A DNA stretch of 59,473 bases from an uncultured Clostridia bacterium (GTDB lineage: Bacteria; Bacillota; Clostridia; Christensenellales; UBA1242). The notes below the pieces were generated by a model. That model did no database searches. It was not told the origin of the DNA and saw only the letters and a list, made by a program, of their open reading frames with translations. This document shows, piece after piece, positions 17,712 to 27,053 of the stretch. Location of the stretch: assembly GCA_944349895.1 (NCBI GenBank), contig CALVNQ010000004.1, positions 1 to 59,473 on the forward strand, given 5' to 3'. The translations under genes and the position numbers were made by a program. Numbering within the stretch: position 1 is the first letter of the stretch; the number at the start of each line of letters is the position of its first letter.

Positions 17712-20513
17712 TTAAACTCCCAAAAGTTGTTTTAAATTATTTAAAATATCTTGGCTCACCGATAGCTGTTCCAATTTTTCTTGCACAGCTGTCTTAACTT
17801 CTTGTGTTAAATTCAGTTGTACAGGATATTGAACAACAATTTCTAACATAATTTCAGCAGTTTCCAAATTGTTCTCAACAGCATCTAAAAGAGCCATTAA
17901 ATTTTCCTGTTGTGTTGCCTTTTCAAAAACCACATTGGTAAATTCTTTTGCAAAATCATCAGCCCCATCTGCTAAAGAAAGTAATTCAAACATTCTGGTA
18001 AAATCTATTTTATTTACAGAAGAAACATTGAAGACTGATAAAAACTCAACATTATATTCGTTTTCTGCTTTTTCGATTAAAGCATCAAAGATCGCCCTCA
18101 TCACACCTTGTTCGATTTTTTCGTTTTCGGTTCTGTAAGCGTTTATTTTCATTGCCTCTAAGAATTGTCCAAGTTTAACAGAATCAACTTCTGAAAGATT
18201 TACAAAATCTTCGCCTTCAGAATAAATCGCTATAAAATTTTTTACTATATTTACAATTTCTTGAGTTTGATCTTCTTCTGAACCACTTTCAAAGGTCGCA
18301 GATGAAAATGACATCGTCAAAGTTTGATCGCCTGTTAAAGCTTTCATGGAATCTAATATTTCAATTTCCAATTTTTCTTTCAAAGGTTCGGTGCTTTTAG
18401 CTTGCAAAATTGCAGGAACTATCAAATCCACAGTCTGGTCATCAAGTTTTTTAATAGCTTCGTTGATATCTCCTCCATTAATCAAATATTGGAGCAAGCT
18501 TTGATTATCGGAATAATCGTGATTATATAATTCTGTTATAATCTGTGATAATAATGGCAAATCTTTTTGCCAATTTAAATATGATAACTCAAAATTATTT
18601 TCAACTTCCAAAAGAGAAAAGTCGACTATGTTTGTTTTGGCACTTTCGGTTATAATATCGTTTATAAATTTATCCCTAACAATTGTCATTTTATAAAGAG
18701 GTAAAATTATATCTGATAATAAACTAGAATATTCGATTTCTCCTTCAGCCTTTTCCATCTTTTCATTTGCTAATTTTTCTGCCACTTTCAACAATATCTC
18801 ATTAAAACTTCCATCATTTTTAAAAGTTTCATATAAATCAAGTTTTAATAACCTGTCAAAAGGTCCAGAAATATATTCAAATAATTCTTTATAGTTGTTT
18901 ATTTCTTCCCCGTTAACTTCTAATAAGTTTTCAATTCCAAAAGTTTCCAAAATTTGTGGGAAAATTTTAACATCCTGTTTATCGACAAAAATTTCCATAT
19001 TGTCTAACACATCTAAAAAATCGCCCAAATAAGATAGAATTGTCGGCACATTATCTTTAATTAACAAAATATTGATAGGTTCTGAAACTATACTTGCTAA
19101 ACTAACTTCTTGTTCTTTAATCAGCATGTTAGCCGAAGCAAAATTATTAATTGCATTTTTAAGATCCTCTTTAAAATTAGCCCACTTTGTTATTTCGGTG
19201 TTAGCGTCTTTAATAATTTCTCCTATTGTAGATCCAGAAAATGTTTCAATCACCATATCAAGCGTTGAAGAAAAAGAATCTTTAATTATGTTAATGTTTC
19301 CAATTCTATTTACAACATCTGTTAATATCGCAGGATACTTTACCGATAATGTAGTTAAAGCTTCACTAAAATCAAAATTTTCGGTAGATTGTGCTATAAC
19401 TTCGTCTAAATAACCTGACTTTGCTAAATTCCTAAATGAAAAATATAAATTATCCACATCACTTTTTAGATAGGCTGAAGTATTTTCTGCTTTGCTTAAA
19501 CCTGTTTTTACATCAGAAAATATTTGTTCATAACGTTCAAGTTCAGGAAATAGGGTTATCAAAGTGTTATATTCATCAATTAATTCTCCCGCAATTTCCA
19601 AAACCACGCCTTTGAATAAACCGCTGTCAGTCATGTTTGAATATATTTTATCAAGTTTATCCCAATCAATCTGTGCAAATTTGACAGAATTGAAATCATA
19701 TTTTGATAGTTCCTTATATGCGTCTATATAATTTACTATCTCTTTTCTAACTTGAACCTTTTCCCCATTTAATTCAAATTGAGATATGTTGTCAAAAATA
19801 AAATCATCTAACCCAACAGCTCCATCTAAAACCCCAAATGCACTTTTATTTAGTCCACTTATTATATTCTTCACAATTGGTGGCATAAACTCTGAAGCTT
19901 CTGAAATGAAATCGGAATTTGTGTTCTCGGCGCTTGTCGAAGCAGACACACTATTTTGTAAAAGATTTTGATCAACGAGTTTAACCATACTCATAAGAGG
20001 CATGCTGAAAGCTAATAAAAGCACAAACATTTTTAATGCTCCGATTACTCCACCAAACCATTTGTTTCTTTTTAATCCCTGCTCTTTTTCTTTCTTTTTT
20101 GACTTAAATACTATCACTTCAATAATTTTATAGAAAACATAAACTAAAATTCTCATTAACAAATTTAATATCAAAAAGATTACAGCACACATTAAAACAC
20201 TTGGTAAAAATTCCAGAAAACTTGCCAACGTTGGTGAATTTTCAACAAGTGAAGAATAGTTTGTATTATCTACTATATAACTAACAAAAAAAGATTGCAA
20301 TGAAGACGTCTCTCCATTAACTGTAATTTGAATGCCCAGTATCGCATTTGTAACAATTGGAGTGATAAATCCAACCACCAATATCCCCATGAAACTCAGG
20401 ATAAACTCAAGAAGAGATCTCTTAACCCCTCTCATAAAGCCAATAAAAAAACCTAAAATTAACAATAGAATAAAAACAACATCTACTATGGCTATCACTG
20501 CAGTTACAGACAT
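17712..20513 (-). CDS. CvpA-like membrane domain fused to a ~750-aa acidic helical region
   Basis: Four N-terminal hydrophobic segments with GFMRG and NKWFGGVIGALK (CvpA-like), then a long L/I/E/D/N-rich soluble region. GAGGAGG RBS. Confidence 0.75.
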   Translation of the reverse strand: MSVTAVIAIVDVVFILLLILGFFIGFMRGVKRSLLEFILSFMGILVVGFITPIVTNAILGIQITVNGETSSLQSFFVSYIVDNTNYSSLVENSPTLASFLEFLPSVLMCAVIFLILNLLMRILVYVFYKIIEVIVFKSKKKEKEQGLKRNKWFGGVIGALKMFVLLLAFSMPLMSMVKLVDQNLLQNSVSASTSAENTNSDFISEASEFMPPIVKNIISGLNKSAFGVLDGAVGLDDFIFDNISQFELNGEKVQVRKEIVNYIDAYKELSKYDFNSVKFAQIDWDKLDKIYSNMTDSGLFKGVVLEIAGELIDEYNTLITLFPELERYEQIFSDVKTGLSKAENTSAYLKSDVDNLYFSFRNLAKSGYLDEVIAQSTENFDFSEALTTLSVKYPAILTDVVNRIGNINIIKDSFSSTLDMVIETFSGSTIGEIIKDANTEITKWANFKEDLKNAINNFASANMLIKEQEVSLASIVSEPINILLIKDNVPTILSYLGDFLDVLDNMEIFVDKQDVKIFPQILETFGIENLLEVNGEEINNYKELFEYISGPFDRLLKLDLYETFKNDGSFNEILLKVAEKLANEKMEKAEGEIEYSSLLSDIILPLYKMTIVRDKFINDIITESAKTNIVDFSLLEVENNFELSYLNWQKDLPLLSQIITELYNHDYSDNQSLLQYLINGGDINEAIKKLDDQTVDLIVPAILQAKSTEPLKEKLEIEILDSMKALTGDQTLTMSFSSATFESGSEEDQTQEIVNIVKNFIAIYSEGEDFVNLSEVDSVKLGQFLEAMKINAYRTENEKIEQGVMRAIFDALIEKAENEYNVEFLSVFNVSSVNKIDFTRMFELLSLADGADDFAKEFTNVVFEKATQQENLMALLDAVENNLETAEIMLEIVVQYPVQLNLTQEVKTAVQEKLEQLSVSQDILNNLKQLLGV

Positions 20514-20611
20514 AATTTCCTCCTCGTTTTATTTTAAAACATTTTCTGTTTTTTAACAAGCAGATATATATATAAAAAAATTTCAACATTGTTTTTTAAT
20601 GTTGAAATCTT

Positions 20612-21112
20612 TCAATTGCCTCCCCAAATTTGATTACTCTTTTTAACTGTGCTAGAGCCGAAAACTTTTGAAAGTTTATTAAAAATTTCCTCTTGCTGTT
20701 CTTTTAGTAAACCATTATAACCTCTAGGCAAATCATCATCTCCATATAGAGTTGGTTCATGGGCAATAAATTTTAAGAAGTCGGTTATTGTTTCTATATC
20801 TTTTATCGCACTGAACTTAAACCCATAATGTCTTTGATTTTTTTTATCCCTTGTTTCTTCAAAGACCACACAAAAAGGATACTCAGTCGCTTTAAGTTTA
20901 TCATTCATGTGATTGTCAAAATCACTTTCAAAACACGTGTAATCATTAGACATTTCAACAGTTGAATCGTAAACGTCTTGTGAGGTAAAGCTTAAATTAT
21001 TTAAAATCTCAAAAAAAGAAATCGATTCATCTTTTGTTTTTGCTATTTTGCCGATTTCAATGAGCTTCTTAACAACAGTTGTTAAAACATATCCGTCCCA
21101 ATTGTTTTCCAT
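20612..21112 (-). CDS. Orphan hypothetical protein (166 aa)
   Basis: Own TTGACA-17-TATATT promoter, GGAGAG RBS, downstream hairpin TTTCAACATT...AATGTTGAAA. Confidence 0.75.
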   Translation of the reverse strand: MENNWDGYVLTTVVKKLIEIGKIAKTKDESISFFEILNNLSFTSQDVYDSTVEMSNDYTCFESDFDNHMNDKLKATEYPFCVVFEETRDKKNQRHYGFKFSAIKDIETITDFLKFIAHEPTLYGDDDLPRGYNGLLKEQQEEIFNKLSKVFGSSTVKKSNQIWGGN

Positions 21113-21206
21113 TTTTTCACTCTCCGAACTAAATATAACACAAAAAAGTTATCCTGTCAATGTCGAATTTTGAAAAATAATAGAGAAAATATGCTTTATC
21201 AAGATT

Positions 21207-21725
21207 TCATATTTCTTTCCCAATTAGATCTATCTTTTTATGTTTAGGATTTTTATAGACTCGAAAATCAAAGCTATGTTGATTTTCCATAATTTTAGGA
21301 CTAACATTTTTCAAAATGAAACCATGCTCTTCAATATTATTAATAAAAGTGTCGGCTGGTACAATTTCATCAATAAAAGTGATATATGCTGTTTCACAGT
21401 AATCCATTAATAAATTATATATTTGCGCTCCTCCACAAATAAAAACTTTATCATCATCAAATTTTTTAATTTCAGATAACAATTCTTTTAAATTTCTAAC
21501 AACAGTAACTCCCTTTGGATTGAAATTTAAGTCTGAACTTAGCACAATATTTACTCTATCTGGGAGAGGACGTTTTGGTAATGCAAAATAAGTTTTCTTG
21601 CCCATTACAACAACTTTGTTCAAAGTTTTTTCTTTAAAATATTTTAGATCTGTAGGTAAATGGAAAAGCATGTGGTTGTTTTTGCCAATACCAAAATTTT
21701 TTGAAACTGCAACTATTAAATTCAT
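21207..21725 (-). CDS. folA: Dihydrofolate reductase
   Basis: LIVAV, GIGKNN, DLKYFK, VVMGKKT, RPLPDRVNIVLS, ICGGAQIY. Start is ATG 21725 or GTG 21731. Confidence 0.95.
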   Translation of the reverse strand: MNLIVAVSKNFGIGKNNHMLFHLPTDLKYFKEKTLNKVVVMGKKTYFALPKRPLPDRVNIVLSSDLNFNPKGVTVVRNLKELLSEIKKFDDDKVFICGGAQIYNLLMDYCETAYITFIDEIVPADTFINNIEEHGFILKNVSPKIMENQHSFDFRVYKNPKHKKIDLIGKEI

Positions 21726-21872
21726 TTTCACCTCTTGGTTTAAAAAATTAATTTAAAACATTATAACATTGATCACTTATATTAAAAAAAATTTTTGATT
21801 TTTAACTTAAAATATTTAAAATTTTTAATAAAAAACGCATCAAAACTTTAATGATGCGTAATTTTTATTACC

Positions 21873-22550
21873 TTATTTTTTTTCTTTTTTAAAACACATA
21901 AACCAATCTAAGCAATATTGATCTTCATTTTTTGCATCCATACGTTCTTTAGCCACGCCACAGCTTCCTGCCGTTGGTATTATAACATCATCACCTGGTC
22001 TCCAATCTGCTGGTGTTGCAACGTTATCTTTATCTGCTTTTTGGAGAGCCAATATGATTCTCTTTATTTCATCGAAGTTTCTGCCCGTTGAAAGTGGATA
22101 ATATAAAATTGTTCTTATTTTTGCATTAGGATCAATGATGAAAACAGCTCTTACTGCTTGTGTGGTTGATTGCCCTGGTTGTATCATGCCATATGCTTTT
22201 GCAACTTCCATTTTTATATCTTCAATAAGAGGGAAAGTTACATTTATATTTTTTTTACCATTCCATTCAAGTTCTTGAATTTTTCTGAGCCAAGCGATGT
22301 GCGAGTAAAGTGAATCCACAGACAATCCAACGAGTTCTGTGTTCAAATTTTTAAATTCATTTATCATTGATCCAAAAGTCATAAATTCTGTTGTGCATAC
22401 CGGGGTAAAATCAGCAGGATGTGAAAATAAGATAACCCATTTCCCCGAAAAATCTTCTGGAAAATTTATTTCACCTTGAGTTGTTACTGCCTTAAAAGAA
22501 GGTGCTTGATCACCAATTAATGGCATTCTGTTGAATTCAGTTTCAGACAT
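21873..22550 (-). CDS. Peroxiredoxin (Prx6 subfamily)
   Basis: FSHPADFTPVCTTE peroxidatic motif, GRNFDEIKR, TPADW, C-terminal DWFMC. Confidence 0.93.
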   Translation of the reverse strand: MSETEFNRMPLIGDQAPSFKAVTTQGEINFPEDFSGKWVILFSHPADFTPVCTTEFMTFGSMINEFKNLNTELVGLSVDSLYSHIAWLRKIQELEWNGKKNINVTFPLIEDIKMEVAKAYGMIQPGQSTTQAVRAVFIIDPNAKIRTILYYPLSTGRNFDEIKRIILALQKADKDNVATPADWRPGDDVIIPTAGSCGVAKERMDAKNEDQYCLDWFMCFKKEKK

Positions 22551-22586
22551 AGTGTTTCTCTCCCTTTAGATTATTTATTAATATTC

Positions 22587-22677
22587 TGGCGGAGAAGGAG
22601 GGATTCGGACCCTCGCGACAGTTTCCCGTCCTACTCCCTTAGCAGGGGAGCCTCTTCGACCTCTTGAGTACTTCTCC
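22587..22677 (-). tRNA. tRNA-Ser(GCT)
   Basis: GGAGAAG...CTTCTCC-G-CCA acceptor stem, anticodon loop CTGCTAA, long variable arm. T-loop reads TCCGAAT. TTGACA-18-TAAAAT upstream. Confidence 0.93.
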
Positions 22678-22825
22678 ACCGTCGATTTTAATTTTAACAC
22701 AGACAATTTTATTTTGTCAATTATTTTTTTATTTTTACCAAACGATTGAGACAATTATAAAACTTTCTTTGGTTGTTTGAAAAATTAATTAAAATATATT
22801 ATAATCTAAACATAAGGAGAATGAT

Positions 22826-23332
22826 ATGAATAAAATATATTTTGCCAAAGTAAAAGAAGAAGCAATAATTCCTTCAAAGAGACCCGAAGATGCTGGTTTC
22901 GATTTTTATGCCTGTATAAAAGAAGATTACATAAAAATAAATCCGTTTGAAACAAAACTGATCCCGACAGGGATTGCATGCTCTTTTAACAAAAATTTTT
23001 ATATGCAAATTGAAGAAAGATCCTCCACTGGAATAAAAGGCTTAAAAAAAAGTGCTGGCGTTATAGATAGTGGATACAGAGGAGAAATTATGATAGCTCT
23101 TTATAATGCAAATGCAAATTCTATATATATTTCAAATATTCCTTATGAAGAAATCGAAAAAATAGAAAAAAAACCGTTTATATATTTTACCACTAAAAAG
23201 GCTATAGCTCAGGGAATATTACATAAAATTCCGAAATTCAAATCCTGTGAGCTCAGTTATAAAGTTTTGAAAAAAATCCCTTCAGTTCGAGGTGCGAAGG
23301 GATTCGGTTCAACCGATAAAAATAAAATTTAG
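22826..23332 (+). CDS. dut: dUTP diphosphatase
   Basis: DAGFDF, IPTGI, ERSS, GVIDSGYRGEI, RGAKGFGST. Confidence 0.95.
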   Translation: MNKIYFAKVKEEAIIPSKRPEDAGFDFYACIKEDYIKINPFETKLIPTGIACSFNKNFYMQIEERSSTGIKGLKKSAGVIDSGYRGEIMIALYNANANSIYISNIPYEEIEKIEKKPFIYFTTKKAIAQGILHKIPKFKSCELSYKVLKKIPSVRGAKGFGSTDKNKI

Positions 23333-24903
23333 TTGATTTCATCTAGTTCTTCAAGTTCTTTATTAATATCTAATCTAGGAAATAAAATTGGTAAAGGCAG
23401 AATTTTATCTGCTTTTATTTGATAGAAGCTTGAAACATCGTTTAAACTATATGGCTTTTCAATATTAAGGGCTTCTAAAACTTTAGAGGCAGAATCTGGT
23501 AAATATGGGAACAACAATGTGGTTCCGATCCTAATACATTCAAGAAGATTTCTCATAACAGAATTTAATCTTTCTTTTTTATTTTCATCTTTAGCAAGTT
23601 TAAATGGCTCAGTTTTTTCTATATAAGCATTAGCTTTTGAAAAAATGTTAAACACACGAGTCAAAGCTTTTGTTACATCAAAATCTTCCATTAGGCTGAC
23701 ACTTTTGTTTGCTTGATCTAAAACAAAATTAATTAATTCTTTATCTTCCTCACTCTCATCATTTGCTTGTGGAACGGCAGAGTCTAAATATTTTTTAAGC
23801 ATGGAAAATGTTCTTGAAACCAAATTACCGAAGTTATTACATAAATCACTGTTATATTTTAAAAGCAAATCTTCGGTAGAATAATTCCCATCTGAACCAA
23901 AAGATATTTCTTTAAGCAAATAATAACGAATTGCGTCTGCTGAATATCTTGGAACTAATATCCTTGGATCAGTGCATTCAACAGTTAAAGTCTTTTTGCT
24001 TTTTGATAATTTCTCTCCACCCAACAAAAGCCAACCGTGACCAAATATGCGTTTTGGCAAAGGTAAATCTAATGCCATTAAAATAGCCGGCCAAATAATA
24101 GAATGGAAACGAACAATATCCTTTCCAATGACATGGACATCTGCAGGCCAATATTTTTTAAACATACTTTCATCGTCGCTTAAATATCCTAAGCCTGTAA
24201 TGTAATTTGAAAGAGCATCAATCCAAACATAAATTGTATGTTTTGGATCAAACTCGACAGGTATCCCCCATTTTACACTCGTTCTTGTAACGCAAAGATC
24301 TTCCAGCCCAGGTTTTATAAAATTATTAACCATTTCGTTTACCCTGCTAGAAGGATATAAAAATTTCGGATTATCCTTATATAATTTTAATAACTTATCT
24401 GAGAATTCTGAAAGCTTAAAAAAGTAAGCTTCTTCTTGTTGTTCTTTAACAGGTCTTCCACAATCAGGACATTTTCCATCAACAAGCTGACTTTCGGTCC
24501 AAAATGCCTCACATGGCAGACAATAAAGACCTTTGTAAGTAGATTTATAGATATACCCTTTTTCATAAAGTTTATTAAAAATTTTTTTTACCGCTTCGAC
24601 ATGATAATCATCGGTTGTCCTTATAAATTTATCATAATCAACATTTAAAAGTTTCCAAAGACTTTTAGTGTCATCTACTATATCATCTAAATGTTGCATA
24701 ACCTCTTTCCCTTGTTTTTTTGCTGCCTCAAAAACTTTCTGGCCATGCTCATCGGTCCCAGTCATATAAAAAACATCCTTGCCGAGCATTTTTTGAAATC
24801 TAGCGATTGCATCACAAACTACTGTTGTATAACAGTTGCCAATAGTAAGTTTAGTGCTAGGGTAATAAATAGGTGTTGTTATATAAAATTTTTCCTTTTC
24901 CAC
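23329..24903 (-). CDS. metG: Methionine--tRNA ligase (short form, no C-terminal tRNA-binding domain)
   Basis: FYITTPIYY, TGTDEHGQK, CxxC/CPDC knuckle, YVWIDAL, GKDIVRFH, KLSKS. Confidence 0.96.
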   Translation of the reverse strand: MEKEKFYITTPIYYPSTKLTIGNCYTTVVCDAIARFQKMLGKDVFYMTGTDEHGQKVFEAAKKQGKEVMQHLDDIVDDTKSLWKLLNVDYDKFIRTTDDYHVEAVKKIFNKLYEKGYIYKSTYKGLYCLPCEAFWTESQLVDGKCPDCGRPVKEQQEEAYFFKLSEFSDKLLKLYKDNPKFLYPSSRVNEMVNNFIKPGLEDLCVTRTSVKWGIPVEFDPKHTIYVWIDALSNYITGLGYLSDDESMFKKYWPADVHVIGKDIVRFHSIIWPAILMALDLPLPKRIFGHGWLLLGGEKLSKSKKTLTVECTDPRILVPRYSADAIRYYLLKEISFGSDGNYSTEDLLLKYNSDLCNNFGNLVSRTFSMLKKYLDSAVPQANDESEEDKELINFVLDQANKSVSLMEDFDVTKALTRVFNIFSKANAYIEKTEPFKLAKDENKKERLNSVMRNLLECIRIGTTLLFPYLPDSASKVLEALNIEKPYSLNDVSSFYQIKADKILPLPILFPRLDINKELEELDEIN

Positions 24904-25009
24904 TTATGATATCCTTTTAAAAATTTAGTTTAAATTAATTTAACACTGTTTAACATTTTTTGTCAATCGTTTACTTTACAAACTCTATAATTAATGATAA
25001 AATTTGCAT

Positions 25010-25432
25010 ATGGCTTTATGGAAAAAACTATTAATTATATTTGGAATATTTGTCTGCATCAGTGTTGTTTTGATGTTAGTCTTATATTCAACACTTAAAG
25101 ATTTTTCTCCAACCACAATCCCTTCAGGAGAATATGTATTGACTAATATATCAAAAATAGAAGAAGGAGAGATAAAAGTGGTTGAAGAATTTTCAGATAA
25201 AACATACTATGTTTCTGTCGAAAACGGAGAATTAATAAGCCATTCAAAAGATAAAGGGATCATAGAAAATCCAGCAAATTATTTTGTGATTTTAATTGGA
25301 AAAGAGGTTGGTGTTTACAATAATGATGAAGAAGGCACCTTGGCCTACACAGGAAATTACTCTGATAAAACATTATATATTTATCAAACAATTGAAAATG
25401 TTTCTTATATTTTTGTTTACAAAGGAGAGTAA
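25010..25432 (+). CDS. Small exported / membrane-anchored beta-rich protein
   Basis: MALWKKLLIIFGIFVCISVVLMLVL anchor. TTTACA-17-TAAAAT ends 6 nt before the ATG. Lies 2 nt before nrdG. Confidence 0.75.
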   Translation: MALWKKLLIIFGIFVCISVVLMLVLYSTLKDFSPTTIPSGEYVLTNISKIEEGEIKVVEEFSDKTYYVSVENGELISHSKDKGIIENPANYFVILIGKEVGVYNNDEEGTLAYTGNYSDKTLYIYQTIENVSYIFVYKGE

Positions 25433-25434
25433 AG

Positions 25435-26121
25435 TTGAAAATTTACGGTTTTGAAAAACTTTCAATGGTAGATTTTGAGGGACACCTATGTGCAACCATT
25501 TTCACAGGTGGGTGCAATTTTAGATGTCCATTTTGTCAAAATTCCGATCTTGTTAATGTTATTAATCTTCAACTTTATAATGAAGATGAAATATTTGAGC
25601 ATTTAGAAAAAAGAAAAAATGTTTTAGACAGTGTTTGTATATCTGGTGGCGAGCCAACCTTACAACCTGATTTAAAAAATTTTATTTCTAAAATAAAAGC
25701 AATGGGTTTTTTGATTAAACTGGATACCAATGGGACCAAACCTAAAATATTAAAAGAATTAATCAAAGAAAAACTTATTGATTACGTAGCAATGGATATA
25801 AAAAATTCTTTAGACGCCTATCATAAAACCTCGGGAGCCATTGTAGATTTAGAATCGATAAAAGAAAGCGTGGAATTATTGAAAAGAAATTTGATCCCAT
25901 ACGAATTTCGCACCACTCTAATATTTGGGCATCATACTGAAGATAACATACAAAAAATGGGGGAATGGCTCGCTGGTTGTGAAAAAATTTATTTGCAGTG
26001 TTTTTTTGATAATGGTACATGTTTACAGCCTAATCTTAAAAAGATAGAACAAAATCAAGCAAATATTTTTAAGGATATTTTATCTAAATACGCTAAACAA
26101 GTTTACTTGCGAGGATACTAA
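25435..26121 (+). CDS. nrdG: Anaerobic ribonucleotide reductase activating enzyme (radical SAM)
   Basis: GCNFRCPFCQN (CX3CX2C), SGGEPT, KLDTNG, AMDIK, YEFRTT; near nrdD. Confidence 0.93.
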   Translation: MKIYGFEKLSMVDFEGHLCATIFTGGCNFRCPFCQNSDLVNVINLQLYNEDEIFEHLEKRKNVLDSVCISGGEPTLQPDLKNFISKIKAMGFLIKLDTNGTKPKILKELIKEKLIDYVAMDIKNSLDAYHKTSGAIVDLESIKESVELLKRNLIPYEFRTTLIFGHHTEDNIQKMGEWLAGCEKIYLQCFFDNGTCLQPNLKKIEQNQANIFKDILSKYAKQVYLRGY

Positions 26122-26149
26122 AAAAACTTCTTTATTAAAGAAGTTTTTT
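26120..26149. terminator. Bidirectional intrinsic terminator
   Basis: AAAAAAACTTCTTT-ATT-AAAGAAGTTTTTT between nrdG and trxB. Confidence 0.8.
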
Positions 26150-27053
26150 ATAGTTTTTCTATATAGTTACTTGCACTTGTCGCAGCAATAGCACCATCAG
26201 AACAAGCCGTGGTAAGCTGTCTAACTTTTTTAACCCTGCAATCACCAGCAACAAAAAGTCCTGGCGTTTTTGTGCTTAAATTCTCATCAGTAACTATATA
26301 ACCATCTTCTGAAAGATTAACTAGACTTGCATAGATATTATTATTTGGAATTTGACCAATAGCGACAAACAAAGCCTTTGTATCCAATTCAAAAGTTGTC
26401 CCATCACTTTTAACAAAAATTAATTTCTCAAGTTGTTCATCACCTATAAGTTTTGTTAATTTTGCATTGTGCGTCACAATGATATTTTCTCTTTTTGAAA
26501 CTGCTTCAATCAAATTTCCGTCTCCAAAAAACTTGTCAAACAAAGTAACAACATTCACACTTTTACAATATGAAGAAAGAAGTAATGCATATTGAAGAGC
26601 TGTATTACCGTCGCCCACTAAAGTTACATTTTCTCCCGAATAAAACGCTCCATCACATAACGCACAGTAACTTATTCCATGTCCTATTAATTTTTCTTCA
26701 TTTTCAAGATTTAATTTTCTATGTTCCACCCCACTGGCGACGATAACAGTTTTAGAACTTATCGTTTCAAATTCGGTTTCAACTTCGAAAGCATTATTGT
26801 TCTTAGTAATTTTTTTAACTTCTCCAAATTTAAATTCAGCTCCATGAGATGTTATCTGATCAAAAAGCTTGTCAGCAAAATCTTGACCTGAAATCTGCAT
26901 AATAGTGGGGAAATTCTCAACTCTTGGAGACTCAGAGATTTGCCCTCCTATATTATTTTTTTCAATAATAGTAACTTTTTTTCCATTTCTTAAAGCATAT
27001 AGCGCTGCCGTCATACCAGCAGCGCCTGCCCCTATTATAATAATATCCGTCAT
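26148..27053 (-). CDS. trxB: Thioredoxin reductase
   Basis: IIGAGAAG, GGQI, SYCALCDG (CxxC), FVAGDCR, QLTTA. ATGA overlap with the nrdD stop. Confidence 0.93.
   Translation of the reverse strand: MTDIIIIGAGAAGMTAALYALRNGKKVTIIEKNNIGGQISESPRVENFPTIMQISGQDFADKLFDQITSHGAEFKFGEVKKITKNNNAFEVETEFETISSKTVIVASGVEHRKLNLENEEKLIGHGISYCALCDGAFYSGENVTLVGDGNTALQYALLLSSYCKSVNVVTLFDKFFGDGNLIEAVSKRENIIVTHNAKLTKLIGDEQLEKLIFVKSDGTTFELDTKALFVAIGQIPNNNIYASLVNLSEDGYIVTDENLSTKTPGLFVAGDCRVKKVRQLTTACSDGAIAATSASNYIEKL

Noticed and set aside
21207-21725. DHFR as an acquired trimethoprim-resistance gene
   Set aside because: Host-like composition and no integron or IS context.
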